64,000 bases of DNA from the NCBI GenBank assembly GCA_041749335.1, contig JBGTBM010000008.1, positions 18,462 through 82,461 of the forward strand, read 5' to 3'. A model generated the notes under the pieces. That model saw only the letters and a list, made by a program, of their open reading frames with translations. It was not told where the DNA came from and did not search any database. This DNA comes from Patescibacteria group bacterium. Lineage in GTDB: Bacteria > Patescibacteriota > JABMPQ01. Each line of letters starts with the position of its first letter. Positions within the stretch are counted from its first letter, which is position 1. The position numbers and the translations under genes are program-made. This document shows, in pieces, positions 41,810 to 51,888 of the stretch.

Positions 41810-42092
41810 ATTCCTTTTCCACTAACATTATACAGGCATTTATCAAAAATTAAATATTATCGCAAAAATTAATGTTCCGTCGGAAATTCCCTCAAAATAT
41901 TGCCCTAATTTCATCTCTCAATTAAACTTATGCGTGCCATGGTTCCATTAAACTTATCCGATACTGCGCAATAAATAGGAGATTTGAATCCACAGAATAT
42001 CAATTAAAAATAAATAGGCTAAATAATAGCCTAAATAAAGAAATAATATTGGAAATTTTGTAAATATCCGAAATAAATAATATATTTTTTTC

Positions 42093-42557
42093 TTATGGTT
42101 TGAGCGTAAAGCCAATGATATCTTTTGCTAAAACATAGCTTCCTCTAAGCACAGACGCCTGAATTTCATATTTACCCTCAAAAAAGCCGGAGCAAGATGA
42201 ACATTGGGGCAGCTGCTTTTCAATTTTAATTGTCTCTTCGGCATCTTTACTAAGTTTTATTATTTTTTTTTCGTTAAAATAATTTACCCCAAAATCATTT
42301 TTCATTCCTTCAATCAACACCATTAATTTTCCAGAATCCGAATTACTGCTTATCTTAATTTCCAGCTGCGCCATATCATTCGAAAAATATACCTCTTGAT
42401 CCAGATGTGAAAAAATATCTACCTTTTCCTGGATATTTTCCGGGTAGGCTAAAGAAGGCTTATCGTCCCCATTTCGACTTAATACTATCTGCCAAACCGC
42501 AACAATTAACACAACCCCCAAAAGCACCCCAATAATATATTTACCGTATTTGCTCAT
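42093..42557 (-). CDS. Hypothetical membrane-anchored protein (Ig-like, CSSC)
   Basis: N-terminal TM; beta-rich; LPQCSSC...GKYEIQA. Confidence 0.6.
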   Translation of the reverse strand: MSKYGKYIIGVLLGVVLIVAVWQIVLSRNGDDKPSLAYPENIQEKVDIFSHLDQEVYFSNDMAQLEIKISSNSDSGKLMVLIEGMKNDFGVNYFNEKKIIKLSKDAEETIKIEKQLPQCSSCSGFFEGKYEIQASVLRGSYVLAKDIIGFTLKP

Positions 42558-42562
42558 ATTAA

Positions 42563-43621
42563 TTAATATTTTCTTTTTTCCAGAAAGTTAGCTAAACCAA
42601 TAAAAACTTTTTTATCATAGACATTTAATATTTTTGACAGCCTAACAACTCTTTTGGCCTTTCCAATATATTTATCAATTTCGCTGTCAACTCGCTGCAG
42701 GGCGCCTGAACGTTTTATTATGTTTTTGAACTCAACAATCTGCTCTCTGGTCACTTTTTTATTTCCTAAAAGTTTTAGAAGATAATCACGTGATATTTTT
42801 CCTGACTTCAGCGCGTAATATATCAATAGTGTAATTTTTCCCTCTTTAATATCAGAATCGGTTGGCTTACCAATCTCTCGCCTCTTGCCGAACATTCCCA
42901 ATACATCGTCTTTTAATTGGAAAGCCAATCCTAATGGCACCGATAAATTTTTATAAAATTCCTGCTGGCTATTTCGAGCTCCCGCTAAGGTAGCGCCCAA
43001 TATTAGCGGCTTTTGCGCGGTATAATCGGATGTTTTCCTCATCATAACACTAACAATGCGATCTTTATCTGAAATATTTTTAACTTCACTCAAAAAAATA
43101 TCTTCCGCTTGTCCGATCATTATTTCGTTCTTCATTTCCTGATATAGCTTAAATACTCGGCGGTTATTTAAATTAAAAACCAATTCATTGGACCAGGTGC
43201 TGAGAATATCACCCGCCAAAACCGCTAAGCCTAAACCGAAATCACTGCTGCTACCTCGCCAATTTTTACTCTGGTGCCATTCCTGCAACATAATGTGAAA
43301 AGTGGGTTTATTTCTTCTTAAATTGGAAAAATCAATTATATCATCATGAATCAAAGCAAAACTATGAAATATTTCCAGTGCCATCCCCAAGCGCATGATT
43401 TTTTCATTATTATTGCCTCCGCTAACTTTGTATCCCATATACGCTAGAAACGGACGAATTCTTTTACCGCCCGCCAATATATATTCAGACAAATATTGGA
43501 CTAAATCCGTATATTCCGGACTGATAACCGCCGCTTCCTTCTTTTTGACCTCAAAATAAGCCTCTAATCTCTTATCAAAGGTTCCTTTGAAATTGACTAT
43601 TTTATTAATAAAATCCTTCAT
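42563..43621 (-). CDS. Polyprenyl diphosphate synthase (probably short-chain, GGPPS-like)
   Basis: GGKRIRP; first Asp-rich motif FALIHDDIID with Phe at -5; GQAED; KT; FQLKDDVLG; DIKEGK. Confidence 0.9.
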   Translation of the reverse strand: MKDFINKIVNFKGTFDKRLEAYFEVKKKEAAVISPEYTDLVQYLSEYILAGGKRIRPFLAYMGYKVSGGNNNEKIMRLGMALEIFHSFALIHDDIIDFSNLRRNKPTFHIMLQEWHQSKNWRGSSSDFGLGLAVLAGDILSTWSNELVFNLNNRRVFKLYQEMKNEIMIGQAEDIFLSEVKNISDKDRIVSVMMRKTSDYTAQKPLILGATLAGARNSQQEFYKNLSVPLGLAFQLKDDVLGMFGKRREIGKPTDSDIKEGKITLLIYYALKSGKISRDYLLKLLGNKKVTREQIVEFKNIIKRSGALQRVDSEIDKYIGKAKRVVRLSKILNVYDKKVFIGLANFLEKRKY

Positions 43622-43695
43622 ACGAGTTAATTATATTAATTTTATACTAAGGTACCGCTCTTGATTATTATATGTATAATTAGAAATATTTCAAT

Positions 43696-44226
43696 TTATT
43701 TTGCATAAAGATAAATATTTTCTTTTTTTAAACTATATTCCCAATTATTAAATTCGTAACCGTAAGATATTACTTTGGCGCCCGCCTTGATTTCTTTTTT
43801 CAATTTTTTTTCCAGACGATCCATCTGATACGGAATTAAAAATAAAAATATAATAGTAAATTCGCTCAAATTTTCTTTAAAATAATCTCGCTTTGTAATT
43901 TCTATACGATTTTCTAAACCGAATTTTTTAATTTTCCGTTTTGATTTTAAATATAAAAATGGATTGATTTCAAAACCAGCAAATTTATTACCGGCATGTT
44001 TTTCGGCTGCTTCGATTAAAATTCTTCCATCCCCCGAGCCCAAGTCAACGATTTTATCAGAACTTTTTATCTTGGCAATTTTGATCATTGCCCTAACTTT
44101 AGCCATTTTCGTTCCGGCATATGGCGCACCCTTGATAGAAGCTAGGATTTTAAAATAACAAAAATATATTAAAAATAAAGCCAAAAAGAATAAACAAATT
44201 GCAATAACTAACAATAAATAAATCAT
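43696..44226 (-). CDS. Class I SAM-dependent methyltransferase, membrane anchored
   Basis: GAPY, DLGSGDGRI, GFEINP. Confidence 0.85.
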   Translation of the reverse strand: MIYLLLVIAICLFFLALFLIYFCYFKILASIKGAPYAGTKMAKVRAMIKIAKIKSSDKIVDLGSGDGRILIEAAEKHAGNKFAGFEINPFLYLKSKRKIKKFGLENRIEITKRDYFKENLSEFTIIFLFLIPYQMDRLEKKLKKEIKAGAKVISYGYEFNNWEYSLKKENIYLYAK

Positions 44227-44283
44227 TTATTAACGGTTCAATAAACCAAATATTTATAAAATTTCAACATGGAGCTTAAATAT

Positions 44284-45549
44284 TTATCCAAACATTAACC
44301 AACCCGGTTTAAATATCAGTAAAATTCCTAAAATTAAAATAATAATGCCGCCGATTAGACTAGAATACCTTGAATACTTGCGGCTGATACCTACCGCCCG
44401 CAAAGTAATCATGGCAATAAAAAATATAATTAAGTCATCCAGCATAAAGATCAAAATATAGAACGCAATATACATATAGTATTGCCAGCTTGGAATATCA
44501 GATAAAGATAACACACTAGTATAAATGGCCGGCAGCCCGGCAGAACAAACCAATTCAACCAAATTGACAGCAAAAGCGATTAAAATAATCCCGCCCAAGG
44601 CAACTATAAACCTTTGATTGGAAGAAATCGCTTTAAGCCGATCAAATATTTTTTTTCTGCCCTCACTGCCCATGATGGTTTTACATCCTTTGCGATTAAG
44701 CCAATATTCACGCAAATGATAAATTCCGCTTCCGGCCGCTATTAATCCCACGATATAGCGCACCCAAACAATAAATCCGATAAATAAGAACAAGTTCAGC
44801 CAAGCAGACATAAAAAGAAAATAAGATATGCCGGAAGTTAATATAAATGTAATGCCTAAAATCCACATTCTTTTCTTGTTTTTCATCCCGAGGAGCAGGC
44901 TTATTAGAAATAATAACACCCACATTGCACAGGGATTAAATCCATCCAGCCCGCCGATAATAATGGTTAAAATAGGCAAAGAAAAATTTTCAGTTTTAAT
45001 TTCCCCGAAAAAGGGCAGCTTAATATTTTCCGGAAGTTCTTTTTCAATTAAGTTATTGTCTTTATCAATATCAAGTTTGGTAGTAGGAGCATCGCTTTCC
45101 TCAATAGTTAAATTGCCATTTTCTTGTTCTCTTTTAATAATATCTCCAGCCGGATCCGGACAATTTTCTTCTTCGCATAAATTTATTAAATCAATAATTT
45201 TTGCGCCGGTAGTAGCATCATCCATATAGCCATAAACGACTTTGTTATTAACAATGGTTACCGGCACGCCGGTAATATCAATATTCAATTCTTTTCCCAG
45301 CGCTGTTAATAATTTGGAATTTTCTCGATTGCGATTGACTTCAAATCGCTGAACTGCAACTTGCGGATTTTCCGCTTCGTAACGATCAAAAAATTCATTT
45401 TCTTTTTCACAATGAGGACAGCCCTCTGCCCAAAAAAAATAAATATTTACTTCACCTGCAGAAGCAGCACCGCTAGAATTAATTATAAAAAAAACTGATA
45501 ATAAAAATATTAAGACTAAAAAAAACGCTTTAATAGAATTTTTTATCAT
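44284..45549 (-). CDS. Thioredoxin/glutaredoxin domain fused to a CcdA/DsbD-like membrane domain
   Basis: CPHC; DGFNPCAMWVL; ELVCSAGLP; multiple TMs. Confidence 0.8.
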   Translation of the reverse strand: MIKNSIKAFFLVLIFLLSVFFIINSSGAASAGEVNIYFFWAEGCPHCEKENEFFDRYEAENPQVAVQRFEVNRNRENSKLLTALGKELNIDITGVPVTIVNNKVVYGYMDDATTGAKIIDLINLCEEENCPDPAGDIIKREQENGNLTIEESDAPTTKLDIDKDNNLIEKELPENIKLPFFGEIKTENFSLPILTIIIGGLDGFNPCAMWVLLFLISLLLGMKNKKRMWILGITFILTSGISYFLFMSAWLNLFLFIGFIVWVRYIVGLIAAGSGIYHLREYWLNRKGCKTIMGSEGRKKIFDRLKAISSNQRFIVALGGIILIAFAVNLVELVCSAGLPAIYTSVLSLSDIPSWQYYMYIAFYILIFMLDDLIIFFIAMITLRAVGISRKYSRYSSLIGGIIILILGILLIFKPGWLMFG

Positions 45550-45553
45550 AAAA

Positions 45554-45826
45554 TCACTTGTCCTTATTATTAATGATTATTTCAGTTAACTCCTTACGAT
45601 CAATTTCTCCTTCCAGCCTCATAAATTCCTCTCCATTTACATCTAAAAATACAAATACCGGCGGATTCTTGACTTGATACTTATCCACAATTTGTAGATT
45701 TTTTTCTTCATCAATCTCGTAATATTCTGTTTGCAGCCAGGGCAGCTCTTGTTCAATTTTTTCAAAGCGCGGCTTCATAATTAAACATTCCGGGCACCAC
45801 ACTGCTCCAAATTTTAATATTTTCAT
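45554..45826 (-). CDS. Thioredoxin family protein
   Basis: KFGAVWCPEC..MKP; PVFVFLD. Confidence 0.85.
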   Translation of the reverse strand: MKILKFGAVWCPECLIMKPRFEKIEQELPWLQTEYYEIDEEKNLQIVDKYQVKNPPVFVFLDVNGEEFMRLEGEIDRKELTEIIINNKDK

Positions 45827-45839
45827 CTTACAATCTAAA

Positions 45840-46787
45840 TTATTTCCAATTGATTTTTAAATCCGATACGCCTAAATCTAAATCTATACTCAAAAATTTT
45901 TCCATATTTTGATAATCCCAGGATCGATAAGTATTATCTTGCACCTCTTCAAAATTATCAATTTGTTTTGAAGTAACGCCAGCATCAATATTTAAATCAA
46001 CGCCAACAGTCCGAGGAACAGAGATATCGACTGAACTGGCTCCGGCATCAATATTTAGCTTAGCATGCTTGATTTTATCTCCCATGGTTAGATCCAAATC
46101 AGATGCGCCGGTATTAATATCCACAATTTCTGCAAAAACATTCGACAGATCAAAGTCCATATTTGCAGCTCCGCTATCAATATATAATGCCATGGGAATA
46201 TTATTATTCAAGCTTAAATTAAGATCATTTTGATGCCTGCCCGTATATAGAATCTTACGTGAATCAAAATTTAATTTTACCCTTTGTACATCTTCAGACA
46301 AATTAGATTCTGGCTGCAAAGCTAAAATATTTGATTTTAAAGATCCGACCGCAAACTCGTCTGAACCGCCTTTAATTTTAATATTACCTGCGCCAAAATC
46401 CAGATCCAACTGACCTTTTTTCGCATCTGCTTCCAAAGAAATATCAATCGGAGATTCCTCCACGTCCCAATTGGCGTTATATTGCCCCCAGATAATAAAT
46501 GCTCCGATCAAACCAATGAGAGCTACAACCGTCACAATGCCCAAAAAAATCGTTATCCAGCTTCTAAGCTTTAAAAATGACAGCCCCGCAATAATAATTA
46601 ATACCGGCCACAATTGCCATAATGATATTTGTAAATCTTGCGGAACAAGATCCAAATTTCTAGCCAAATAGTATAAACCGATAAAAATCACAGAAACGCC
46701 AAAAAACACAGTGCCTAAATTTATTGGATTAATTTCATATCGCATTGTCCGATCTTCATTTTTTAATTTTATTTTTGCTTCTGGCAT
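45840..46787 (-). CDS. LiaI/LiaF-like TM domain plus beta-solenoid (toast-rack/DUF2154-like) protein
   Basis: LWQLWPVLIIIAGL; repeats GAGNIKI, GAANMDFDLS, GASDLDL, GASSVDISVP. Confidence 0.7.
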   Translation of the reverse strand: MPEAKIKLKNEDRTMRYEINPINLGTVFFGVSVIFIGLYYLARNLDLVPQDLQISLWQLWPVLIIIAGLSFLKLRSWITIFLGIVTVVALIGLIGAFIIWGQYNANWDVEESPIDISLEADAKKGQLDLDFGAGNIKIKGGSDEFAVGSLKSNILALQPESNLSEDVQRVKLNFDSRKILYTGRHQNDLNLSLNNNIPMALYIDSGAANMDFDLSNVFAEIVDINTGASDLDLTMGDKIKHAKLNIDAGASSVDISVPRTVGVDLNIDAGVTSKQIDNFEEVQDNTYRSWDYQNMEKFLSIDLDLGVSDLKINWK

Positions 46788-46791
46788 ATTT

Positions 46792-47499
46792 TTAGTTAAT
46801 TATTTCTACCGAACCAAAGATGGCAGCGCCGGTAATTTTTAAAACTTTATTTTTCACCTTGGATTCTGATTTGAATTTATTTTCCCAGCTACCCATGATT
46901 GGAGTTCCGCTGCTTTCTATCCTGATATTTTTTGGCACATATATTTTTATACTGCCAAAAACACTAGCAACATCCATTATGGCGCCATTGGTAGACAATT
47001 GAATATCCCTCAAATCAATTTTCATCCCCCCAAAAATGCTAGTAGCCTTCCCTCCTTTAAAATTTTTTGAATCGATGCGCTTATTCTTTCCGGAAAATAT
47101 TACAATTTCATCTATGCCGCCGACCGCTTCCACTTGAATATTATCCGCTTTGCTTTTTTCAATTTTATTCTTACTTGTTTCGTCTTCCTGGTTACGAAAA
47201 AGAATGATAAATCCGATCACAATAATAATTAGCGGCCAAAAAACGCCCCAAAAGCTCCAATCGAAAACGGTAGAAATCACCAATCCAATCCCCAAAAAAG
47301 ATAAAATAATTCCCCAAATAAAACTGCGGCGATAAAGCAATAGTATTCCTAAAGCTAAAATTAAAAGCGGCCACAAAATTCCAAAAAACCAATCAGCGGT
47401 TAAGCCCAGAGGAGCCAAAAAGCCCAATTGATCAATCAAAAAAATAAACCCGACGGCGATAAATATTGCCGCAATCCACGCTCTGCTATTATTTTTCAT
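46792..47499 (-). CDS. LiaF-like cell-envelope stress membrane protein
   Basis: Four TMs with WPLxI motifs; FKGG...IFGG.KIDLR, FGSIKIYVP. Confidence 0.75.
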   Translation of the reverse strand: MKNNSRAWIAAIFIAVGFIFLIDQLGFLAPLGLTADWFFGILWPLLILALGILLLYRRSFIWGIILSFLGIGLVISTVFDWSFWGVFWPLIIIVIGFIILFRNQEDETSKNKIEKSKADNIQVEAVGGIDEIVIFSGKNKRIDSKNFKGGKATSIFGGMKIDLRDIQLSTNGAIMDVASVFGSIKIYVPKNIRIESSGTPIMGSWENKFKSESKVKNKVLKITGAAIFGSVEIIN

Positions 47500-47600
47500 T
47501 TGTTTTTTGTTATTTATATTTTTTTTATTATAGCAAAATTTAAAAAAATAAAAAAGCGAGACATTTTTATCCCCGCTTTTTTATATTACAACTGTCCAGC

Positions 47601-48326
47601 TTAAAAGGTTACAAAATTAAATCCACATTGTTTTGTATCGCTGGATATCGGATCTTCTATATACACCAAAAGTTTTCCCATCATACTACCCACGCTGGGC
47701 AAACAATCATCATCAATTGGCGTGACTATGGTGACATAGTCAGAATAATAATAATCAATGCCCTCAATGGCAATTTCGTATCTATGGGTCCCGGCATTCC
47801 ATGAACACACAACATTACTAGTTCCACCCAGCGTTGATCCATCATCATCACAAATACCATAAGCTACAGGTAGTCCTACTCCATTCGGTCCGGTTAGTTC
47901 ATTGACAATAGTTTTACCGCTTACCGTTAAATCAGAATTCAAAGTTGTACTGCCAGTTACGGTTAAATTACCATAAACGCTTACATCATCATTCAATTTT
48001 ATTGGCATACTGTCACCAGGACCCGATGTGGCTCCCCGCCAGATCATGCCATCAATTCTAACATCATCTCCAATGGTAACCGGAACCGGTTTATCATTTT
48101 CATCGGTAGTTTCATTAATAATCGTTCCATTAAAAAAGGTTACGCCACCGACTCCCTGTTTGCCCACTTTGATTGAATCAAAAATTCCCGTTCCATTTAC
48201 AATTAGATTTTCATCATAAATAACGCTAGAAGCAGGCTGCAATACATCCCCTGTAGAAGCAGAAGCCAGCGCAACAAAAGCAAAAATACCAAAAAATACT
48301 GCGATTGTTCCTAATGCTTTTTTCAT
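47601..48326 (-). CDS. Secreted fibre-like protein (paralog of 57665-58669)
   Basis: Signal peptide; shared N-domain LQPAS..IY.ENLIVNG..F...GGVT.FNGTIIN...GDDVRIDG.IWRG. Confidence 0.7.
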   Translation of the reverse strand: MKKALGTIAVFFGIFAFVALASASTGDVLQPASSVIYDENLIVNGTGIFDSIKVGKQGVGGVTFFNGTIINETTDENDKPVPVTIGDDVRIDGMIWRGATSGPGDSMPIKLNDDVSVYGNLTVTGSTTLNSDLTVSGKTIVNELTGPNGVGLPVAYGICDDDGSTLGGTSNVVCSWNAGTHRYEIAIEGIDYYYSDYVTIVTPIDDDCLPSVGSMMGKLLVYIEDPISSDTKQCGFNFVTF

Positions 48327-48353
48327 TATATTTTCACCCCCTTTCGTATTTTT

Positions 48354-49088
48354 TTATTCTCCCAAATATTTAAATAAATACATTAAAAATATTCCCAACA
48401 GAAATATTAGAAAGGCTTGTAATGATTTACTCAATTTGGTTTCTTTGCCAATTTCCGGAATCAAGTCTGCGGCGGCTATGTATAAAAATCCACCGGCCGC
48501 AAAAGGCAATAAAAATATTTTGGCGGCATCAATATGGTCCAGAAGGAAAAATCCGATTACCCCGCCAAAAATAACAGTAACCGCTGCCAGGAAATTAAGC
48601 AGTAGGGACTTCCTTTTGGTAAAGCCGGCGTGAATCAACACGCCAAAATCGCCAATTTCCTGCGGTAATTCATGCAAGGCAACCGCCAAAGTTGTCAATA
48701 AGCCCAATTTAAAATCGACAGAAAAGCTGGCGGCAATAATCAATCCATCAATAAAGTTATGTACTCCATCTCCCACGATATTGGTATAACCAAAAGTATG
48801 TATCGGACAAACTCCTTTGTGACAATGACGCCAGTGTAAAATCTTTTCCAAAAGAAAGAAAACAATAAAACCGAATAAAACAAAAAGAAAAATATTTTTA
48901 CTTTCTGAAGCTTCAAGAGCTTCGGGAATCAGATGAAGCAGTGCTCCGCCCAGCATTACTCCGGCCGACAAGCCCACCAGCGCTAATATAATTTTTCTTA
49001 AAAATTTATCACTAAAATATAAACCAAAAATGCCGACTAAAGCTAGCGAACTTATAAAGGCAGTGGCTAAAATTATCCAAATAAGCAT
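48354..49088 (-). CDS. ZIP family metal transporter
   Basis: HLIPEA, GDGVHNFIDG, HELPQEIGDF, FLYIAAADLIPE. Confidence 0.92.
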   Translation of the reverse strand: MLIWIILATAFISSLALVGIFGLYFSDKFLRKIILALVGLSAGVMLGGALLHLIPEALEASESKNIFLFVLFGFIVFFLLEKILHWRHCHKGVCPIHTFGYTNIVGDGVHNFIDGLIIAASFSVDFKLGLLTTLAVALHELPQEIGDFGVLIHAGFTKRKSLLLNFLAAVTVIFGGVIGFFLLDHIDAAKIFLLPFAAGGFLYIAAADLIPEIGKETKLSKSLQAFLIFLLGIFLMYLFKYLGE

Positions 49089-49098
49089 TTTTTTATAA

Positions 49099-49413
49099 TT
49101 ATTTTAATTTAACTGCAGTACCATAAACTAATATTTCCGCCGCCCCTCCCATTACGCTCGTCGTAGAATATCTTACCCCAATAATCGCATCGGCTCCCTT
49201 TTGTTTGGCCTTTTCTTCCATTATTTTCATGGCGTCTTTTCTGGCTTGAGTAATCATATCGGTATAGCCCTTTATTTCTCCGCCAATAATGGTTTTTAAT
49301 CCAGCTGCAATATCCCGACCGATCCAGCGAGTTCTTACCGTATTGCCGGAAACAATACCGATTATATCAACGATCTCTTCGCCTGGTAATTTGTTGACTG
49401 TAGTGATGATCAT
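49099..49413 (-). CDS. YbjQ/UPF0145 family protein
   Basis: GRDI.AGLK.IIGGEI.GYT, ADAIIGVRY, YGTAV. Confidence 0.92.
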   Translation of the reverse strand: MIITTVNKLPGEEIVDIIGIVSGNTVRTRWIGRDIAAGLKTIIGGEIKGYTDMITQARKDAMKIMEEKAKQKGADAIIGVRYSTTSVMGGAAEILVYGTAVKLK

Positions 49414-49479
49414 AGCTTTTGTATATTAAATAAATTGAACTCTTAAAAATTTATATTTTATATAATGCAGGCCATGAGA

Positions 49480-50268
49480 TTACGCTGATAAAAACCCTCC
49501 GTCCACTGCGACAATCGCGCCAGACATATAACTGGATAAATCAGAGGCCATAACCAGCGCCATCTTGGCCACTTCATCCGGCTCTCCCAGCCTTCCCAAA
49601 GAGATCCGCCCCTTAAATTTTAACGCGGAGTCCAATAGCCCTTTTTTAAATTTAAAGATTAATTTTGCCGCCCCCTTGGTACCTTCGGTAATAATTCCGC
49701 CCGGCAATAACACATTGATTTTATATTTCTTCCTTCCGTGTTCATTCGCTAATGCCCTAGTCAAAGCGATTACACCCGCCTTGCTAGAGCTGTAATGCGC
49801 CAGATCTTTTTTGAAAGGGAGTAGGGCTTCAATAGAACCGACATTCACAATGGTACCGCCCGCCTTGCCCCTTAATTTAATCATGTTCTGGCACATCCAA
49901 AACACCGAATTTAAATTAATATCCATCACTTTTTGATAATGCTTCTCATCGATATCAACAAATTCTCTAAAAGGATAAATTCCGGCATTATTAACTAAAA
50001 TGTCGGGTAAATTATTTTTTATTTTTATCCATAATCTATCTATTTGCGGCTTGCGGGACAAATCAACTTTGAATATTTTAATCTTAACGCCATATCTGTT
50101 TAATTCAGAACGAACTTGATGTAATTTTTCGTCTTGAATATCAATTAAAATTAAATCGGAACCCGCTTCTGCGAATCGCTCGGCCATCGCTCGGCCAATC
50201 CCGCTGGCAGCGCCGGTAATTAATGATCTCTTTCCCTTGAGAGAAATTAATTCTTCTATTGATACCAT
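49480..50268 (-). CDS. SDR family oxidoreductase
   Basis: TGAASGIG, NNAG, YSSSK, VDGG. Confidence 0.92.
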   Translation of the reverse strand: MVSIEELISLKGKRSLITGAASGIGRAMAERFAEAGSDLILIDIQDEKLHQVRSELNRYGVKIKIFKVDLSRKPQIDRLWIKIKNNLPDILVNNAGIYPFREFVDIDEKHYQKVMDINLNSVFWMCQNMIKLRGKAGGTIVNVGSIEALLPFKKDLAHYSSSKAGVIALTRALANEHGRKKYKINVLLPGGIITEGTKGAAKLIFKFKKGLLDSALKFKGRISLGRLGEPDEVAKMALVMASDLSSYMSGAIVAVDGGFLSA

Positions 50269-50372
50269 TTGATTTAAATATTTGATTATATTTTAACAAA
50301 AATAATTAAATAATGCTACAATTGAATAAATACCAGTAAATTGAATTTTTTTACAAACAATCTACTTTATCA

Positions 50373-50401
50373 TTGACATTGTTTATTATTATACCTATAA
50401 T
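50373..50401 (+). promoter_or_regulatory. Consensus sigma70 promoter
   Basis: TTGACA-17bp-TATAAT upstream of the response regulator gene. Confidence 0.8.
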
Positions 50402-50435
50402 AGTTACTCTATGAACTTTTTAGCGAGGAGGGACA

Positions 50436-50798
50436 ATGCCAAAAAATGTGCTAATAATTGAAGATAATCCTCAAGTTCAGAATACCTTGATTAGACTATT
50501 TCATCGAAAAAAGTTTGAACCGGTTTCTGCTTTTACCCCAACGGAAGCGCAAAAATTATTTTATCAACATCAAGCTGATCTTAAACTAATAATTATTGAC
50601 GGCAATCTTATGGTCGAGAGAGATACGGTGCCGCTGGTAACAGAATTTCGGCCCTTATTTTCCGGCACCATGATAGCCATTTCCGCTGATGAAGATATCA
50701 ATCAAGAACTGGTAGCCGAAGGATGCGATCTTTATGGCACCAAGCCTGAAATAATGGATCCTATTATTAAAGCATTGGAAAATCTTAAGCACAGATAG
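50436..50798 (+). CDS. Single-domain response regulator (receiver only)
   Basis: VLIIEDN, LIIIDGNL (phosphoacceptor Asp), AISA, TKP; SD GAGGAGG. Confidence 0.8.
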   Translation: MPKNVLIIEDNPQVQNTLIRLFHRKKFEPVSAFTPTEAQKLFYQHQADLKLIIIDGNLMVERDTVPLVTEFRPLFSGTMIAISADEDINQELVAEGCDLYGTKPEIMDPIIKALENLKHR

Positions 50799-50864
50799 AA
50801 AGAACTTAGAAATTTAAGTTCTTTTTTTTAAATTAAAAACAGACTCTAAGTCTGTTTAAAAAAA

Positions 50865-51128
50865 CTAGTCCCCCAGCGTTTCTCGCTTTAAGCAATTAAG
50901 ACATTTATCGGGAATATTCCCCGCCTGTGAAAGATCAATCTGAATATCTTCTCCTTCAAATAAAATCTTTCCCCGAATACTGGTTAAGTGCCCACATCTG
51001 GCAACAACTTGTTTTTTACTTAAGCGATCATGGCAATAAATCAAATAAGCCATTACCAAACCGCATACCAGCAATAAACAGATAAAAATAAAAAGAACCG
51101 CTTGATCAATTTCTGCGGATGAGACCAT
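50865..51128 (-). CDS. Small single-TM protein with a Cys/His zinc-knuckle
   Basis: SD AAGGAGG; TM; RCGH...CLNC. Confidence 0.65.
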   Translation of the reverse strand: MVSSAEIDQAVLFIFICLLLVCGLVMAYLIYCHDRLSKKQVVARCGHLTSIRGKILFEGEDIQIDLSQAGNIPDKCLNCLKRETLGD

Positions 51129-51261
51129 ACAAGACCCCTCCTTTCAATGAGCATTTTGTGATGAGAGCATTATACCTTAAATTTTTTTAATGTAAAGATA
51201 TTAAAAGAACCCGCCCTGCGGCGAGTTCTTTTTGACAAACGATTTAATAAACTATCTTTTT

Positions 51262-51852
51262 TTACCAGTTGTGGCGCATCATACGATTAGCTCCCGCTTT
51301 TAATCCAATCTCTTGTTTGATATTTCTGGCCTGCTTGAACTTCTCTTGGCCTTGTTGCATTAATCCATGAGCCTCAATCAGTCTGGGAAATTCTTCTGCA
51401 GTAACTTGATCAGCCCTTTCATCACCGACCGCTTCTCTCCAAGCCTGATAATCTTTATTTTCCAGTGCAGCCATTACCGCTTCTCTTTTTTCCGGATCAC
51501 TGTTTTTACCCTGCATTATTCCCTTTCGTCCTAATCCCAATTCACCCATACTCTCTTTAATTTGCCTTGCTTCTTCAAATTTTCCCGCCTGCATTAAGCG
51601 ATGAGCTTCGGCCATTTTGTTAAAATTTTCCTCGGTCAATAAATTTTCGTCTACTCCTCTATTTTGCATCGTTTGCTTCCAGCCAGCAAAATCATTGCTT
51701 TCAATCGTACCCAGTATTTCCTGATTCTTGGCATTAAATTTACCCTCGCCTTTCTCTCCGTTATTTTGGGCATAACTGACACCAGCTACGATGGCGGTAG
51801 TCACCACCAGTCCGACTACTGCGATTCCGACTTTAAATAATTTTTTTCTCAT
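51262..51852 (-). CDS. Secreted helical protein with two internal repeats
   Basis: Signal peptide; repeat unit (I/L)E..D(F/Y)..W....TEE.F..(M/L).EAH.LMQ.G...AR.IK...G. Confidence 0.7.
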   Translation of the reverse strand: MRKKLFKVGIAVVGLVVTTAIVAGVSYAQNNGEKGEGKFNAKNQEILGTIESNDFAGWKQTMQNRGVDENLLTEENFNKMAEAHRLMQAGKFEEARQIKESMGELGLGRKGIMQGKNSDPEKREAVMAALENKDYQAWREAVGDERADQVTAEEFPRLIEAHGLMQQGQEKFKQARNIKQEIGLKAGANRMMRHNW

Positions 51853-51888
51853 ATTTATTGTTATTTATTTATCAATTGGCGCCTTTCG

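Noticed and set aside
45681-45689. DnaA box indicating a replication origin
   Set aside because: It is a single box inside a coding sequence; there is no box cluster or dnaA/dnaN in the window.
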